From an uncultured Caldilineaceae bacterium (lineage in GTDB: Bacteria; Chloroflexota; Anaerolineae; Caldilineales; Caldilineaceae), in assembly GCA_964560495.1 (NCBI GenBank), contig CAZLMM010000024.1:316-64315 (forward strand): a DNA stretch of 64,000 nt, written 5' to 3'. The notes beneath the pieces were generated by a model. The model was not told the origin of the DNA, made no database searches, and saw only the letters and a list, made by a program, of their open reading frames with translations. Position 1 is the stretch's first letter; each line of letters opens with the position of its first letter. Positions 12,001 to 22,517 of the stretch are shown one piece after another. The position numbers and the translations under genes are program-made.

Positions 12001-12151
12001 GGCGACTGGCGCTCCATCCCAGACTGCGGCTGGCGGCGAGGCTGGCGTTGCTGGCCGGGCCGACCTGCGCCAGCAAGAGCGAAAGAATGGCAAGCAGCGT
12101 GATAGCGGACAAGACGCGACGGTTGATAGGTCTTCTATTGGGGTGACGCAT
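6011..12151 (-). CDS. alpha-2-macroglobulin family protein, thioester type
   Basis: 2046-aa ORF with a GGAGGAGG RBS upstream. Hydrophobic signal-like N-terminus 'AITLLAILSLLLAQV' and CxEQ thioester motif 'FECSEQ'. Size and architecture match bacterial A2M (YfhM-type). Confidence 0.85.
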   Translation of the reverse strand: MRHPNRRPINRRVLSAITLLAILSLLLAQVGPASNASLAASRSLGWSASRQSSPSGGRIQQPSSPGGLTIVLGEGAERPQTTVATTATAGVLLSAAETQALLDRLPPLKAETGDAEEFNLPPASLPPPTPSVVIEESFPPTATAPTPADVVSGPLEVLRFAPEGAIDLAPFLQVSFNQPMVPLATLEELSAADVPVKLTPELPGVWKWNGTKTLTFEYQSDEIDRFPMATIFEAAVPAGTTSATGGVLEESVQWTFSTPPPTVINSWPSYGPQHRDTLMFVALDQRIDPVAVLETILVTAGREEFALRLATEEEVAADKDVSNLAKSAGESRWLAFRAEEEFPADATVNVNIGPGTPSAEGPLTTTEVQAFSFQTYAPLRVTEARCSWGGARCPPGAPFDVLFNNPLNSEAFDPAWVAVEPEIPGKVVNAFGNVLQVQGATAGRSTYELTVSGAIVDVFGQTLGDDQSFTFRTGNADAYLTGPSQVLSTLDPTAQQPTFNVYSVNYPRLHVRVYAVTPDDWKSWLTYLRDYWNNPQPTPPGQLVMEDTISVEGQPDEITETMIDLTPALGDSTTGHLIVVVDLPEPLFGERDRTVVQSWVQITQIGLDAFSDHSDLLVWATALADGAPLKDVTIELYGASSEGVTGDDGSLDLELTNQVGYLLVGSQDQDVAILPRSQWDYYGNSGWSKQTTNDMLRWYVFDDRQMYRPTEEVHVKGWLRRVGAGQDGDVGLVGGGPTSVHYEVTEPQGNRIAEGAADVNDLGGFAFNFTIPENANLGYGDIRLFASGVSNVYGVDSYYSFQIQEFRRPEFEVKAQPEGEGPYFLGDDATVSISAQYYAGGPLPNAETTWTVSSQAGSYSPPNWPDFIFGEWTPWWYIYDYGFYAGDVFFGDFGGGQGGTQTYTGKTDPTGKHYLDMAFVESEQPRPYTVLAEGRVMDVNRQAWAASTNLLVHPSELYVGLRSLRTFVEQGDPLEVEVIVSDLDGNPVAERDATVTAARLEWKYEGNEWKEVEADPQECAVISGNEPTLCTFTTDIGGEYRITAEVRDDHERLNRTMFTRWVSGGPTIPSRSVEQEQVELIPDKETYAPGDVAEILVIAPFAPAEGQLTVARDGILYTEHFSLGEGSTTLRVPIEDAHIPNLNIQVDVNGSAPRLDDKGQPMEDVPPRPAYASGSLNLRIPPVIRTLSLEIDPEATELEPGAETAINLRAVDANGEPVENAELAVVVVDEAILALTGYRIPDPLIVFYSERSAGVESVYGRGSIVLANPEELAKQTGNMAFGIGGGGEAMMESAAMLAAAAPMPTMAADMLARGDQAAGNEAPTPIAVRADFNPLAVFAPAVRTDADGKARVEFTLPDNLTRYRVTVVAATEKQFGQAEANITARLPLMVRPAAPRFLNFGDRFELPIVVQNQTEEALEVDVAVEVSNLLLGDPEQSEGTAANAGQRVVVPANDRVEVRFPTTTDNAGTARFQAAAASGAYADAARGELPVYTPATTEAFAVYGVVDEGAIAQPIAQPQNVFPQFGGLEVSSSSTALSALTDAVLYLSDYPFECSEQISSRVLGIASLRDALTAFQAEGLPPPEQIDAAMARDIQRLESMQNLDGGWPIWEKGKESVPFYSIHVAHALQRARLKDYRVSDATLSAAREHLRNIEAYYPSWYSELTRDTLSAYALYVRNLMDDPDTTKARNLLNEKPLDDQSLEQIAWLWQVLNDDPASTAEVEAIRRHVDNRAVETAGAANFTTSYGDDAWVLLHSNRRTDAIVLDAMINDDPENELIPKVVTGLLAHRTNGAWSNTQENVFVLIALDRYFNTFENVTPDFIARMWLGETFVAQHEFEGYSNESRLTTVPMSFLVEQPGVRDFVIGKEGDGRLYYRLGLRYAPTDLRLDPLDMGFVVQRTYSAVDDPADVRRDEDGVWHVRAGARVRINLTMVADNRRYHVALVDPLPAGFEPINPALATSESAPGGDPMAAPYGWWWYGTWYQHQNLRDSRAEAFTPLLWDGVYNYSYVARATTPGEFVAPPAKAEEMYMPEVFGRSGSDRVVIE
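7481..7492 (-). other. codons for the CSEQ thioester motif of the A2M protein
   Basis: Plus strand reads ctgctcgctgca, whose reverse complement tgc agc gag cag encodes C-S-E-Q within 'DYPFECSEQISS'. Confidence 0.8.
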
Positions 12152-12203
12152 AACGGTTTCCTCCTCCGGTGCGTGTGGTCAATTCATACCTTCCCCTTCA
12201 CAC

Positions 12204-12232
12204 CTTCCAGGAAGCTCTGAGCTTCCTGGAAG
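12204..12232. promoter_or_regulatory. perfect 13-bp-arm palindrome upstream of the A2M gene
   Basis: cttccaggaagct ctg agcttcctggaag, located 53 nt upstream of the A2M start codon at 12151. Confidence 0.5.
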
Positions 12233-12399
12233 ATTGGATGCGGGAAGATTCGATGCAAGAAAAATCTCAGACAAACCCTGTGCATGGATCATAGTGGTAA
12301 ACATGCCTGCTTGCAAGCTGATCCAGGACGGGTGAGCAGCGAGGAGTGTTCCGGGCAATTCTGGCGTCGTCTATGGGCCAGGCGTCGCTTCTCTCCAAC

Positions 12400-12430
12400 T
12401 GCGTTTGTCACGCTGCAAGCGTGACCTACA
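12400..12430. repeat. 31-nt direct repeat, copy 1 (contains a 7-bp hairpin)
   Basis: tgcgtttgtcacgctgcaagcgtgacctaca, with internal gtcacgc-tgcaa-gcgtgac. Confidence 0.9.
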
Positions 12431-12470
12431 GCAAGCCAATTTTTGGCAATAAACGATGATGAACTGGGGT

Positions 12471-12501
12471 TGCGTTTGTCACGCTGCAAGCGTGACCTAC
12501 A
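12471..12501. repeat. 31-nt direct repeat, copy 2
   Basis: Perfect match to 12400..12430. A 40-nt unique spacer (12431..12470) lies between the copies. Confidence 0.9.
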
Positions 12502-12622
12502 ATTACTGCAGAAAACGTTTGGCGCCCACCCTCTCAAGTCCGGCTGTAGGGTGAAATTCGGGACAATGGCACACAGAGATGTAGAACAGGCTGGTCTATG
12601 ATATGCCCCAGGGCATAGGAAA

Positions 12623-13474
12623 GTGGCTGGCGGCGATGGGGGTATCTCAGCAATGTCGGCGCAGCAAAGCGAGACGAAGAGCATGGATTACGCAGTGATA
12701 GAAAAAGTCAACGGGCCGTCGCCTGGGCGACAACCAGGAGTGGTCAACGGCGCAGCCGTCAAACCCACGCTCATCCGCCTGGAGGGGCTGACCAAAATCT
12801 ACACCGAGGCAGGCCAAAGCCGCATTGTCTTGGATGAACTGAGTCGTGAATTCTACGCCGGCGAATTCGTCTGTCTCCTGGGCAAGTCGGGCAGCGGTAA
12901 GAGCACCCTCCTCAATCTGATCTCTGGCATCGACGCGCCCAGCGCCGGCCATGTCCACATTATGGGGACGAGTCGCCCCGTCGCCATCACCGCGCTGAGC
13001 GAACACGAGCGCACCCTTTTTCGTCGTCGCCATATCGGCATCGTTTTTCAGTTCTTCAACCTGATCCCCACCCTGACAATTCTGGAAAACGTGACGCTAC
13101 CCCTGGAACTCAACGGTGAGCGGCGCAACATACGCCAGTCTGCCGCCGCCCTGCTCGACCGGGTGGGGCTGGGCAACCGACTCAACGCCTACCCGGACAA
13201 GCTCAGCGGCGGCGAGCAGCAGCGCGTCGCCATCGCTCGCGCCCTGGCCCACGACCCACTGCTGATCCTGGCCGATGAACCCACCGGCAATCTGGATGAA
13301 GAGACCGGTCAGCGGGTGCTCGGCCTGCTGCTGGAGCTGACCCGCGACAGCGGCAAAACTCTTTTCATGGCGACCCATGCGCCCGAGGTAGCCCGCCAGG
13401 CCGACCGGGTGCTCCATCTGGACCACGGCAAGCTGGTGAGCGATGCGGCGTGGCGCGAGGCGCACGAAGAATAA
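12623..13474 (+). CDS. ABC transporter ATP-binding protein (MacB/LolD family)
   Basis: Walker A 'GKSGSGKST', signature 'LSGGEQQR', Walker B '[12 protein letters not shown]'. Start is ambiguous: GTG 12623, ATG 12653 or ATG 12683. Confidence 0.85.
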   Translation: MAGGDGGISAMSAQQSETKSMDYAVIEKVNGPSPGRQPGVVNGAAVKPTLIRLEGLTKIYTEAGQSRIVLDELSREFYAGEFVCLLGKSGSGKSTLLNLISGIDAPSAGHVHIMGTSRPVAITALSEHERTLFRRRHIGIVFQFFNLIPTLTILENVTLPLELNGERRNIRQSAAALLDRVGLGNRLNAYPDKLSGGEQQRVAIARALAHDPLLILADEPTGNLDEETGQRVLGLLLELTRDSGKTLFMATHAPEVARQADRVLHLDHGKLVSDAAWREAHEE

Positions 13475-16051
13475 ATGACACTCCACACCATTTTTCGACA
13501 AGTCTGGCGACATGCCCTGCGCCGGCCCCTGCAAAGCCTCTTTTTTGTTCTGGGCGTCGCCATCGGCGTTGCCATGATCGTCGCCATTGACCTGGCCAAT
13601 GGTTCGGCCCAGCGCGCCTTCGAGCTGGGCGCAGAGAGCGTCGCCGGCCGCGCCACCCATCAGATCAACGGCGGACCCCAAGGCATCGACGAGGCCGTCT
13701 ACACTGATCTGCGTCGAGAGATGGGCTATCGCCTGAGCGCGCCCGTCGTCGAAAGCTACGTCATCGCCGAAACACTGGATGTGCAACCCATGCGTCTACT
13801 GGGCGTGGATCCCTTTGCCGAAGGTCCCTTCCGCGCCTATCTGGGATTGGGCGACCAGTCCAGAAATCCGGCCGCCGACTATCTGGCCGAGTTAATGGCG
13901 ACGCCCAACACCGCCCTGCTCAGTCAGGTTGTTGCAGAGCGTTACGGGGTGAAGACGGGCGATGTCCTTTCTGTGCGCGACGGCGTGGCGGAGCATCTAC
14001 TCACTGTCGTTGGTCTTTTGCAGCCCTCGGATGCCCTGAGCCGTCGCGCGTTGGATGGTCTACTGTTGACTGACATCGCTACGGCGCAGGAGATATTGGG
14101 CAAGGTGGGACGGCTCGACCGTATCGACCTGATCATCGCCGAGGGCGAGGAGGGCGAAGCTGAGTTGACTCGACTGCGGCAGTGGCTGCCTGCGGGCGTG
14201 GCCCTCGACGTTGCGACCAGTCGCGGCGGAACCGTGGACGATATGACCGCCGCGTTTCGTCTCAACCTGAGCGCGCTCAGCCTGTTGGCGCTGGTGGTGG
14301 GCATGTTCCTCATCTATAACACCGTCACCTTTGGCGTGGTGCAGCGGCGTCCTGTGCTGGGCGCGCTGCGCGCCCTGGGCATGACTCGTCGCGAAATCTA
14401 CGCGCTGATTTTGCTGGAAGCCGGCGTTTTGGGTCTCATTGGTTCGGCGTTGGGTCTGGCTCTGGGCGTGTTGTTGGGGCGCGGCGCAGTGCAGTTGGTG
14501 ACGCAGACGGTCAACGACCTCTTCTTCGTGGTCTCCGTGCGCGAGATCGACATCCCCACGATGACGCTGGTCAAAGGCGGGATCATCGGCGTGGCGGCAG
14601 CGTTGGTGGGCGCAGCCCTGCCCGCCTATGAAGCCACCAGTACGCCGCCTGCTGGCGCGCTGCGTCGCAGCAGCGTGGAAGATCGGGCGCGGCGTCTGCT
14701 ACCCTGGCTGACCGCTGGCGGCGTGGGGCTGCTGCTCGCGGGCGGCCTGCTCATGATTCCCGACGCCAGCCTGGTCATTGCCTTTGGCGGCCTCTTCGCT
14801 CTTATCATCGGTGCAGCGTTCTGTACGCCTGTTTTGCTCTTGGGGATGATGATGCTCGTCCAGTCCGTTCTGCATGGCTCGGGCGTTATCGCCCGCATGG
14901 CGCCGCGCACAGTGACGCGCTCTCTCAGCCGTACTGCCGTTGCCGTGGCCGCGCTCATGGTGGCGGTCAGCGTCATCATCGGCGTGGGCGTCATGATCGG
15001 CAGCTTCCGCGTCACCGTGGTGCGTTGGCTGGATGATGTGCTGCAAGCAGATATTTTCGTCTCGCCGCCTTCGTTGCAGAGTAACCAGATTACGACCACT
15101 CTTGACCCGCAGGTTGTGGAGCGGTTGAGGCAGTTTCCCGGCGTCGTCCGCCTGGCGACGACGCGCGGGGTGGACATGACCGCGCGGCTGCCAGGGCGCG
15201 ACCAGCCCATCCAGACGCGGTTGGTAGCCTTGAGCCAGGATCTGGCCGGCGACGACCGGCGCTATCACGCGGCGGTGGGCGACGCCGCAGAAACCTGGCG
15301 GGCGGTGGAGCAGGGCGGCGTAGTGGTCAACGAACCCATGGCCAATCGCTATGATCTCGCGGTGGGTGATCCATTGGCGCTGATGAGCGATCATGGGCCG
15401 GTCGAATTCCCCATTGTCGGCGTGTCGGTGGATTTCAACGTCAACCCGACTGTCACCATGCACGACCCGGTCTACCGCCGTCACTGGCAAGATGAAGGCA
15501 TATCGGCGGTGGGTTTGTTCATCGAGCCAGGGCAGGATGTGGACGACAAGGTGGCCGAGTTGCGGGCAGCTTTTGCCGGGACGAACGAGCTGGTGGTGCG
15601 TTCCAATCGCGGGGTGCGCGGCGACGCGTTGGCGGTTTTCGACCGCACCTTTGCCATCACCGTGGCGCTGCAATTGCTGGCGACGCTGGTGGCCTTCATC
15701 GGCATCCTCAGTACGCTCATGAGTTTACAGCTTGAACGCACGCGCGAGATCGGCGTGTTGCGCGCCAACGGCATGACCCGGCGTCAATTATGGCGGCTCT
15801 CCCTGTTGGAAACAGGTCTCATGGGCGTCAGCGCCGGAATACTGGCCCTGCCCACCGGCGTGCTGCTGGCAGTGGTGCTCATCTACATCATCAACCTGCG
15901 TTCCTTTGGCTGGACCCTGGAGATGCAGCTTCAGCCCCAAACGTTCGTGCAGGCGTTTGCGGTTGCGCTCTTTGCTGCGCTGTTGGCTGGCCTTTATCCC
16001 GCCTGGCGTTTGGGGCAGATGCAGCCCGCCGCGGCGGTGCGCGCAGAGTGA
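13475..16051 (+). CDS. ABC transporter permease with two FtsX-type modules (MacB/YbbP-like)
   Basis: 858-aa ORF whose ATG directly follows the ATPase stop (TAAATG). Two clusters of TM helices are separated by large soluble regions, as in duplicated FtsX permeases. Confidence 0.8.
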   Translation: MTLHTIFRQVWRHALRRPLQSLFFVLGVAIGVAMIVAIDLANGSAQRAFELGAESVAGRATHQINGGPQGIDEAVYTDLRREMGYRLSAPVVESYVIAETLDVQPMRLLGVDPFAEGPFRAYLGLGDQSRNPAADYLAELMATPNTALLSQVVAERYGVKTGDVLSVRDGVAEHLLTVVGLLQPSDALSRRALDGLLLTDIATAQEILGKVGRLDRIDLIIAEGEEGEAELTRLRQWLPAGVALDVATSRGGTVDDMTAAFRLNLSALSLLALVVGMFLIYNTVTFGVVQRRPVLGALRALGMTRREIYALILLEAGVLGLIGSALGLALGVLLGRGAVQLVTQTVNDLFFVVSVREIDIPTMTLVKGGIIGVAAALVGAALPAYEATSTPPAGALRRSSVEDRARRLLPWLTAGGVGLLLAGGLLMIPDASLVIAFGGLFALIIGAAFCTPVLLLGMMMLVQSVLHGSGVIARMAPRTVTRSLSRTAVAVAALMVAVSVIIGVGVMIGSFRVTVVRWLDDVLQADIFVSPPSLQSNQITTTLDPQVVERLRQFPGVVRLATTRGVDMTARLPGRDQPIQTRLVALSQDLAGDDRRYHAAVGDAAETWRAVEQGGVVVNEPMANRYDLAVGDPLALMSDHGPVEFPIVGVSVDFNVNPTVTMHDPVYRRHWQDEGISAVGLFIEPGQDVDDKVAELRAAFAGTNELVVRSNRGVRGDALAVFDRTFAITVALQLLATLVAFIGILSTLMSLQLERTREIGVLRANGMTRRQLWRLSLLETGLMGVSAGILALPTGVLLAVVLIYIINLRSFGWTLEMQLQPQTFVQAFAVALFAALLAGLYPAWRLGQMQPAAAVRAE

Positions 16052-16178
16052 GCTTGCCGCCTCTATCTCCAAGCTGTGTAATGGTTCGCGCTTCGGCCTT
16101 GCTGGATGCTACAATAAGTTGTTGTGGGCAACGACCCTGATACATTTCGTTCAAGAGCACTCCAAGGACTTGCACACG

Positions 16179-17372
16179 ATGAAACTAGCGAAGCAACTTG
16201 AAAAATTGGGCACCGAGACGGCCTTCGCTGTTTCGGCTGCGGCTGCGGCTTGGGCCGCAAAGGGTCACAAGGTCTATCCTTTCCATCTGGGCGACATGAA
16301 CATCCCCACGCCGGAGAACATCGTGGAGGCCACCTACAAGGCGATCCGCGACGGCTACACCGGTTATTGTCCAGGGGCCGGCATCCCGCAGCTGCGCGCG
16401 GTGCTGGCCGACGATGTAGGCGCCAAGCGTGGCGTGCATTACACGGCAGAGCAGGTCTCGGTTCAGCCTGGCGGCAAGCCGGTCATCGGCAAATTTTTGG
16501 CCGCAGTGATGAACCCCGGCGACGAGGTGCTCTACCCCAACCCTGGCTATCCCATCTACGAATCGCAGATCGAGTATCAAGGCGGGGTGGCTATCCCCTA
16601 TGGCTATCTTCAGACCGAGAGCGGCTATGTGTTGGACTTGGACGCCATCAGGCGCTCGGTGAACAACCGCACCGTCGCGCTCATCTACAACAACTATCAG
16701 AACCCCACGGGCGCGCAATCCACCCGCCAGGAGATGGAGGCGCTGGCCGAGATTGCGTTGGAACACGACCTGTGGGTGCTCAGCGACGACGCGTATTATG
16801 AGATTCGCTACGGCGGCGAACCGCTCTCGATTGTCAATCTGCCTGGAATGCAGGAGCGCACGGTCATCCTCTACACCTGCTCCAAGCGTTTCGCCATGAC
16901 GGGCTGGCGGTTGGGCGCAGCCATCGGCCCCCAGCCAGTCATCGACGCCATCAACAAATTCAACACCAACGCCGAATCGTGCACCACCCACTTCATCCAA
17001 CGCGCCATGGTTGAGGCGATCCCTGGCGACCCCAGCGGGCCTGACGCCATCGTGGAAATCCTGCGTCAGCGGCGGGATGCGGCCGTCGCCGGGCTGAACG
17101 CCATCGACGGCGTCTCCATCCATGCGCCTGAGAGCACCTTCTATCTCTTTATAAATGTCTCGCAGATCATGGCGCGCAAGGGGTTGACCCAGGTCAATCA
17201 GCTCATGGATGAGGCGCTGCAAAAGACCGACGTCTCCTTCTGTACGCGCAACCACTTTGGGCGCCCACTGCCCGGCCAGAACAATCACGCCATTCGCCTC
17301 GCCTATTCGGGCATTGATGTTCCCGACATTGTGGAAGGGCTGCAAAGGCTGAAAGTCTATTTCGAGGCGTAA
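16179..17372 (+). CDS. class I/II pyridoxal-phosphate aminotransferase
   Basis: ORF 15906..17372 trimmed to ATG 16179 ('MKLAKQLEKLG') because the upstream part overlaps the permease gene. Motifs 'YQNPTG' and PLP-lysine 'CSKRFAMTGWRLG'. Confidence 0.85.
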   Translation: MKLAKQLEKLGTETAFAVSAAAAAWAAKGHKVYPFHLGDMNIPTPENIVEATYKAIRDGYTGYCPGAGIPQLRAVLADDVGAKRGVHYTAEQVSVQPGGKPVIGKFLAAVMNPGDEVLYPNPGYPIYESQIEYQGGVAIPYGYLQTESGYVLDLDAIRRSVNNRTVALIYNNYQNPTGAQSTRQEMEALAEIALEHDLWVLSDDAYYEIRYGGEPLSIVNLPGMQERTVILYTCSKRFAMTGWRLGAAIGPQPVIDAINKFNTNAESCTTHFIQRAMVEAIPGDPSGPDAIVEILRQRRDAAVAGLNAIDGVSIHAPESTFYLFINVSQIMARKGLTQVNQLMDEALQKTDVSFCTRNHFGRPLPGQNNHAIRLAYSGIDVPDIVEGLQRLKVYFEA

Positions 17373-17375
17373 AAG

Positions 17376-18380
17376 ATGACCCCATTGATCAGTCGAGAGA
17401 TTCGTTTGAAAAGCAGGCCCGTGGGATTGCCCACCGCGGCTAACTTCGAGTTGGTGGAGACGCAACTGCCTGAGCCTGGACCAGGCGAGATGGTGGTGCG
17501 CAATCTCTTCATGTCGGTTGATCCCTACATGCGCGGGCGGATGAACGATGCACGCAGCTACACGCCGCCCTTTCAACTGGGCGAACCGCTGAGCGGCGGC
17601 GCAGTGGGAGATGTCATTGCTTCCAACGGCGGGCGCTTTCCGGTGGGCGCAGTCGTGCTCAGCAACATGGGGTGGCGCGAGGCTTTCGTAAGCGACGGAC
17701 GTAATCTGACGCAGGTGGACGTCACGCTGGCGCCGGCTCAAAGCTACCTGGGCGTCATGGGCATGCCTGGTATGACCGCCTACGTCGGGCTGCTGGACAT
17801 TGGCCGCCCCAAGGAGGGGGAGACTGTTTTTGTCTCTGCGGCAGCCGGCGCGGTCGGTTCGCTGGCCTGTCAGATCGCCAAACTCAAAGGCTGTCGTGTG
17901 GTGGGCAGCGCCGGCGCCGACGCCAAAGTGCAATGGCTGCTCGACGAGATCGGCGTGGATGCGGCCTTCAACTACAAGAACATTCCCCTGCCCGCCGCGC
18001 TGGCGCGTACATGCAAAGAGGGCATCGACATCTACTTCGAGAACGTGGGTGGGGCGCACCTGGAAGCTGCCCTGCAAAAGATGAACAACTTTGGGCGCAT
18101 CATCGTGTGCGGCATGATCGCCCAGTATAACGCAACCGAGGCGCAGCCAGGACCTCGCAACCTGGGGCTGTTCATCACCAGGCGACTCACCATGCAGGGC
18201 TACATCGTCTCTGACCACAACGACCGCCGCCCACAGTTTCTCGCCGATATGAGTCGCTGGATCGCCGACGGCAAGATCACATGGCGCGAGACTGTGGTGG
18301 ACGGGATCGAGAATGGGCCGGCCGCCTTTCTGGGGCTTTTCAGCGGCGAGAACCTGGGCAAGATGCTTGTGCGCCTGTAG
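17376..18380 (+). CDS. NADP-dependent oxidoreductase, MDR superfamily (YncB/CurA/PTGR1-like enone reductase)
   Basis: 334-aa ORF with glycine-rich 'AAAGAVGSLACQIAK'. Overall resemblance to the zinc-independent MDR reductase family, from recall. Confidence 0.8.
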   Translation: MTPLISREIRLKSRPVGLPTAANFELVETQLPEPGPGEMVVRNLFMSVDPYMRGRMNDARSYTPPFQLGEPLSGGAVGDVIASNGGRFPVGAVVLSNMGWREAFVSDGRNLTQVDVTLAPAQSYLGVMGMPGMTAYVGLLDIGRPKEGETVFVSAAAGAVGSLACQIAKLKGCRVVGSAGADAKVQWLLDEIGVDAAFNYKNIPLPAALARTCKEGIDIYFENVGGAHLEAALQKMNNFGRIIVCGMIAQYNATEAQPGPRNLGLFITRRLTMQGYIVSDHNDRRPQFLADMSRWIADGKITWRETVVDGIENGPAAFLGLFSGENLGKMLVRL

Positions 18381-18427
18381 GGCGAAAAAGTGCGTGATGC
18401 GTTAGAGTCCGTTTGAAAATTCACATG

Positions 18428-18506
18428 GTAAGGGTTTGAACGGCGGCGCAGACTTCTCTGCCCGTGCAACAGCACCCATTCGCCGCCGTTCAAGCCCTTC
18501 TTCCCG
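18428..18506. repeat. interspersed palindromic element, copy B
   Basis: Same element as 5872..5950. Both encode 'LLHGQRSLRRRSNPY' in the minus-strand ORF track, which reflects the nucleotide identity. Confidence 0.85.
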
Positions 18507-18526
18507 GCGTCAGTTTGGGCGTCGGC

Positions 18527-18599
18527 AGGGTTTGAATGGCGGCGAACCAACGAGCTCCATCCACGAAAAGATTCGCCGCCGCCATTCAAACCCCTACGG
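18527..18599. repeat. interspersed palindromic element, copy B' (diverged loop, perfect 17-bp stem)
   Basis: gggtttgaatggcggcg pairs perfectly with cgccgccattcaaaccc. Confidence 0.8.
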
Positions 18600-18629
18600 T
18601 CTGCTGTCCATGAATTTTCAAACGGTCTT

Positions 18630-18657
18630 TTACTCGTTACTCGTTACTTATTACTCG
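18630..18657. repeat. 4 x 7-nt tandem repeat TTACTCG (one unit TTACTTA)
   Basis: Read directly: ttactcg ttactcg ttactta ttactcg. Confidence 0.85.
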
Positions 18658-18702
18658 TGACGAGTCTGAATCGGCAACCTTGTGACAAGCTCGGAGGAAA
18701 CA

Positions 18703-19809
18703 ATGAATTCGATACAGCAACTCGCAGCAGCCGGCCAGAGCGTCTGGCTGGATTTCATCGAGCGGGAGATGGTGCACTCTGGCGAGCTGGCCCGGCTGGT
18801 GAGGACAGGGGTCGCCGGCGTCACCTCCAACCCCACTATCTTCCAGCAAGCCATCAGCAAGAGCGCCGCCTATGCCGACGATCTGGCGCACCTGGTCAAA
18901 CAGGGTCTCGACGCCAAGACGATCTTCGAGCGTTTGGCCGTGGCCGACATCCAGGCCGCGGCTGATGTCTTGCGCCCCATCTACGACGCGGCGGGCGGTC
19001 ACGATGGCTTTGTCAGCCTGGAGGTGTCGCCGGCCCTGGCCCACGAGACCGACGCCACGGTTGCCGAGGCGCGGCGACTCCACGCCGCAGTGAACCGCCC
19101 CAACTTGATGGTCAAGGTGCCGGCGACCCGGGCCGGCGTCCCGGCCATTCGCACGCTGATCGGCGACGGCGTCAACATCAACGTCACCCTCATTTTCAGC
19201 CTGGAACGCTATGATGCCGTCAAAGAGGCTTATCTCCAAGGGTTGTCAGATCGCCTGGACAGAGGCCAGGCCATCGACCGCATCGCCTCGGTGGCGAGCT
19301 TCTTTGTCAGCCGCGTGGATGGCAACGTGGACGCCCGGCTGGAGAAGATTGCAGCCGCTCGCCCCGACTGGGCGATGGAGGCGACCGCTTTGATGGGCAA
19401 GGCCGCGGTCGCCAACGCTAAACTGGCCTATCGCCAGTTCCAGACGAAGTTCTCCGGCGCACGCTGGGAGCGGCTGGCGGCGGCCGGCGCACGCGTGCAG
19501 CGCCCTCTGTGGGCCAGCACCAGCACGAAGAACCCGGCCTATCCCGACCTGCTCTACGTGGAGCCGCTCATTGGCCCCCATACGGTGAACACCATGCCGC
19601 CCAAGACCCTGGAAGCCTTTCTGGATCATGGGCGCGTCGAACAGACTGTGGAACAAGGCGTGGAGGAAGTCGCCGGGCAACTGGCTGCAATCGAGGCGCT
19701 GGGCATCTCTTTGGCGCAGGTGACAGAGGAACTTGAGGAGGACGGCGTCAAGAAGTTCGCCGATTCCTTCGTCGATCTGCTGGCTTCCATTGAGCAGCGT
19801 CGGCGCTAA
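18703..19809 (+). CDS. tal: transaldolase
   Basis: ORF 18682..19809 with preferred ATG at 18703 behind GGAGGA (18693..18698). Motifs 'SVWLDFI', 'GVTSNPTIF' and 'MVKVPAT'. Confidence 0.9.
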   Translation: MNSIQQLAAAGQSVWLDFIEREMVHSGELARLVRTGVAGVTSNPTIFQQAISKSAAYADDLAHLVKQGLDAKTIFERLAVADIQAAADVLRPIYDAAGGHDGFVSLEVSPALAHETDATVAEARRLHAAVNRPNLMVKVPATRAGVPAIRTLIGDGVNINVTLIFSLERYDAVKEAYLQGLSDRLDRGQAIDRIASVASFFVSRVDGNVDARLEKIAAARPDWAMEATALMGKAAVANAKLAYRQFQTKFSGARWERLAAAGARVQRPLWASTSTKNPAYPDLLYVEPLIGPHTVNTMPPKTLEAFLDHGRVEQTVEQGVEEVAGQLAAIEALGISLAQVTEELEEDGVKKFADSFVDLLASIEQRRR

Positions 19810-20019
19810 TGTAGGGCGACTGCACGAGCCGCCCCTACGGGCTGTTGGCTTGACTTCTGGGAAGCCGGAGGTTGTCCTTATCACCGCTCGACCTTACACC
19901 GCAAAACCACAGACCGCCAGGGTTCACGCTCACCCGCAACCCTGCCAAAACACCCCTATGTGAAACTAAACAGTATTCGACTTTTCATTTGCTTTTCTCA
20001 ATGAAGGAGCACAGAGACA

Positions 20020-22455
<2,436 letters not shown>

Positions 22456-22476
22456 TCAATGGTCAATGGTCAATGA
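22456..22476. repeat. 3 x 7-nt tandem repeat TCAATGG/TCAATGA in the fadN-like/thiolase spacer
   Basis: tcaatgg tcaatgg tcaatga starts directly after the TAA stop at 22453..22455. Shares the GGTCAATGG core with 1147..1202. Confidence 0.85.
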
Positions 22477-22517
22477 TGAATTGGCAATTGATGAACTATG
22501 GGAAAGAGAGATGAAGG

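Noticed and set aside
12400-12501. Calling the 31-nt repeat pair a CRISPR array
   Set aside because: There are only two repeats and one spacer, with no cas genes or leader in 64 kb. I kept it as a finding but did not annotate it as CRISPR.
12602-12617. 16-nt palindrome tatgccc-ca-gggcata just upstream of the MacB-type ATPase ORF as an operator
   Set aside because: It is a short single occurrence, and the start codon of the gene is itself uncertain (12623, 12653 or 12683). The evidence is insufficient.
16185-18218. 677-aa minus-strand ORF spanning the aminotransferase and reductase genes
   Set aside because: It overlaps two well-supported plus-strand genes and crosses their intergenic gap. 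It has Arg/Gly/His-rich shadow composition and no family signature.
19811-19838. Imperfect hairpin gtagggcg...cgcccctac after the transaldolase gene as a terminator
   Set aside because: The stem has a bulge and no T-run follows. It probably belongs to the CCCCTACG-type repeat debris seen next to the other elements, so I did not call it a terminator.
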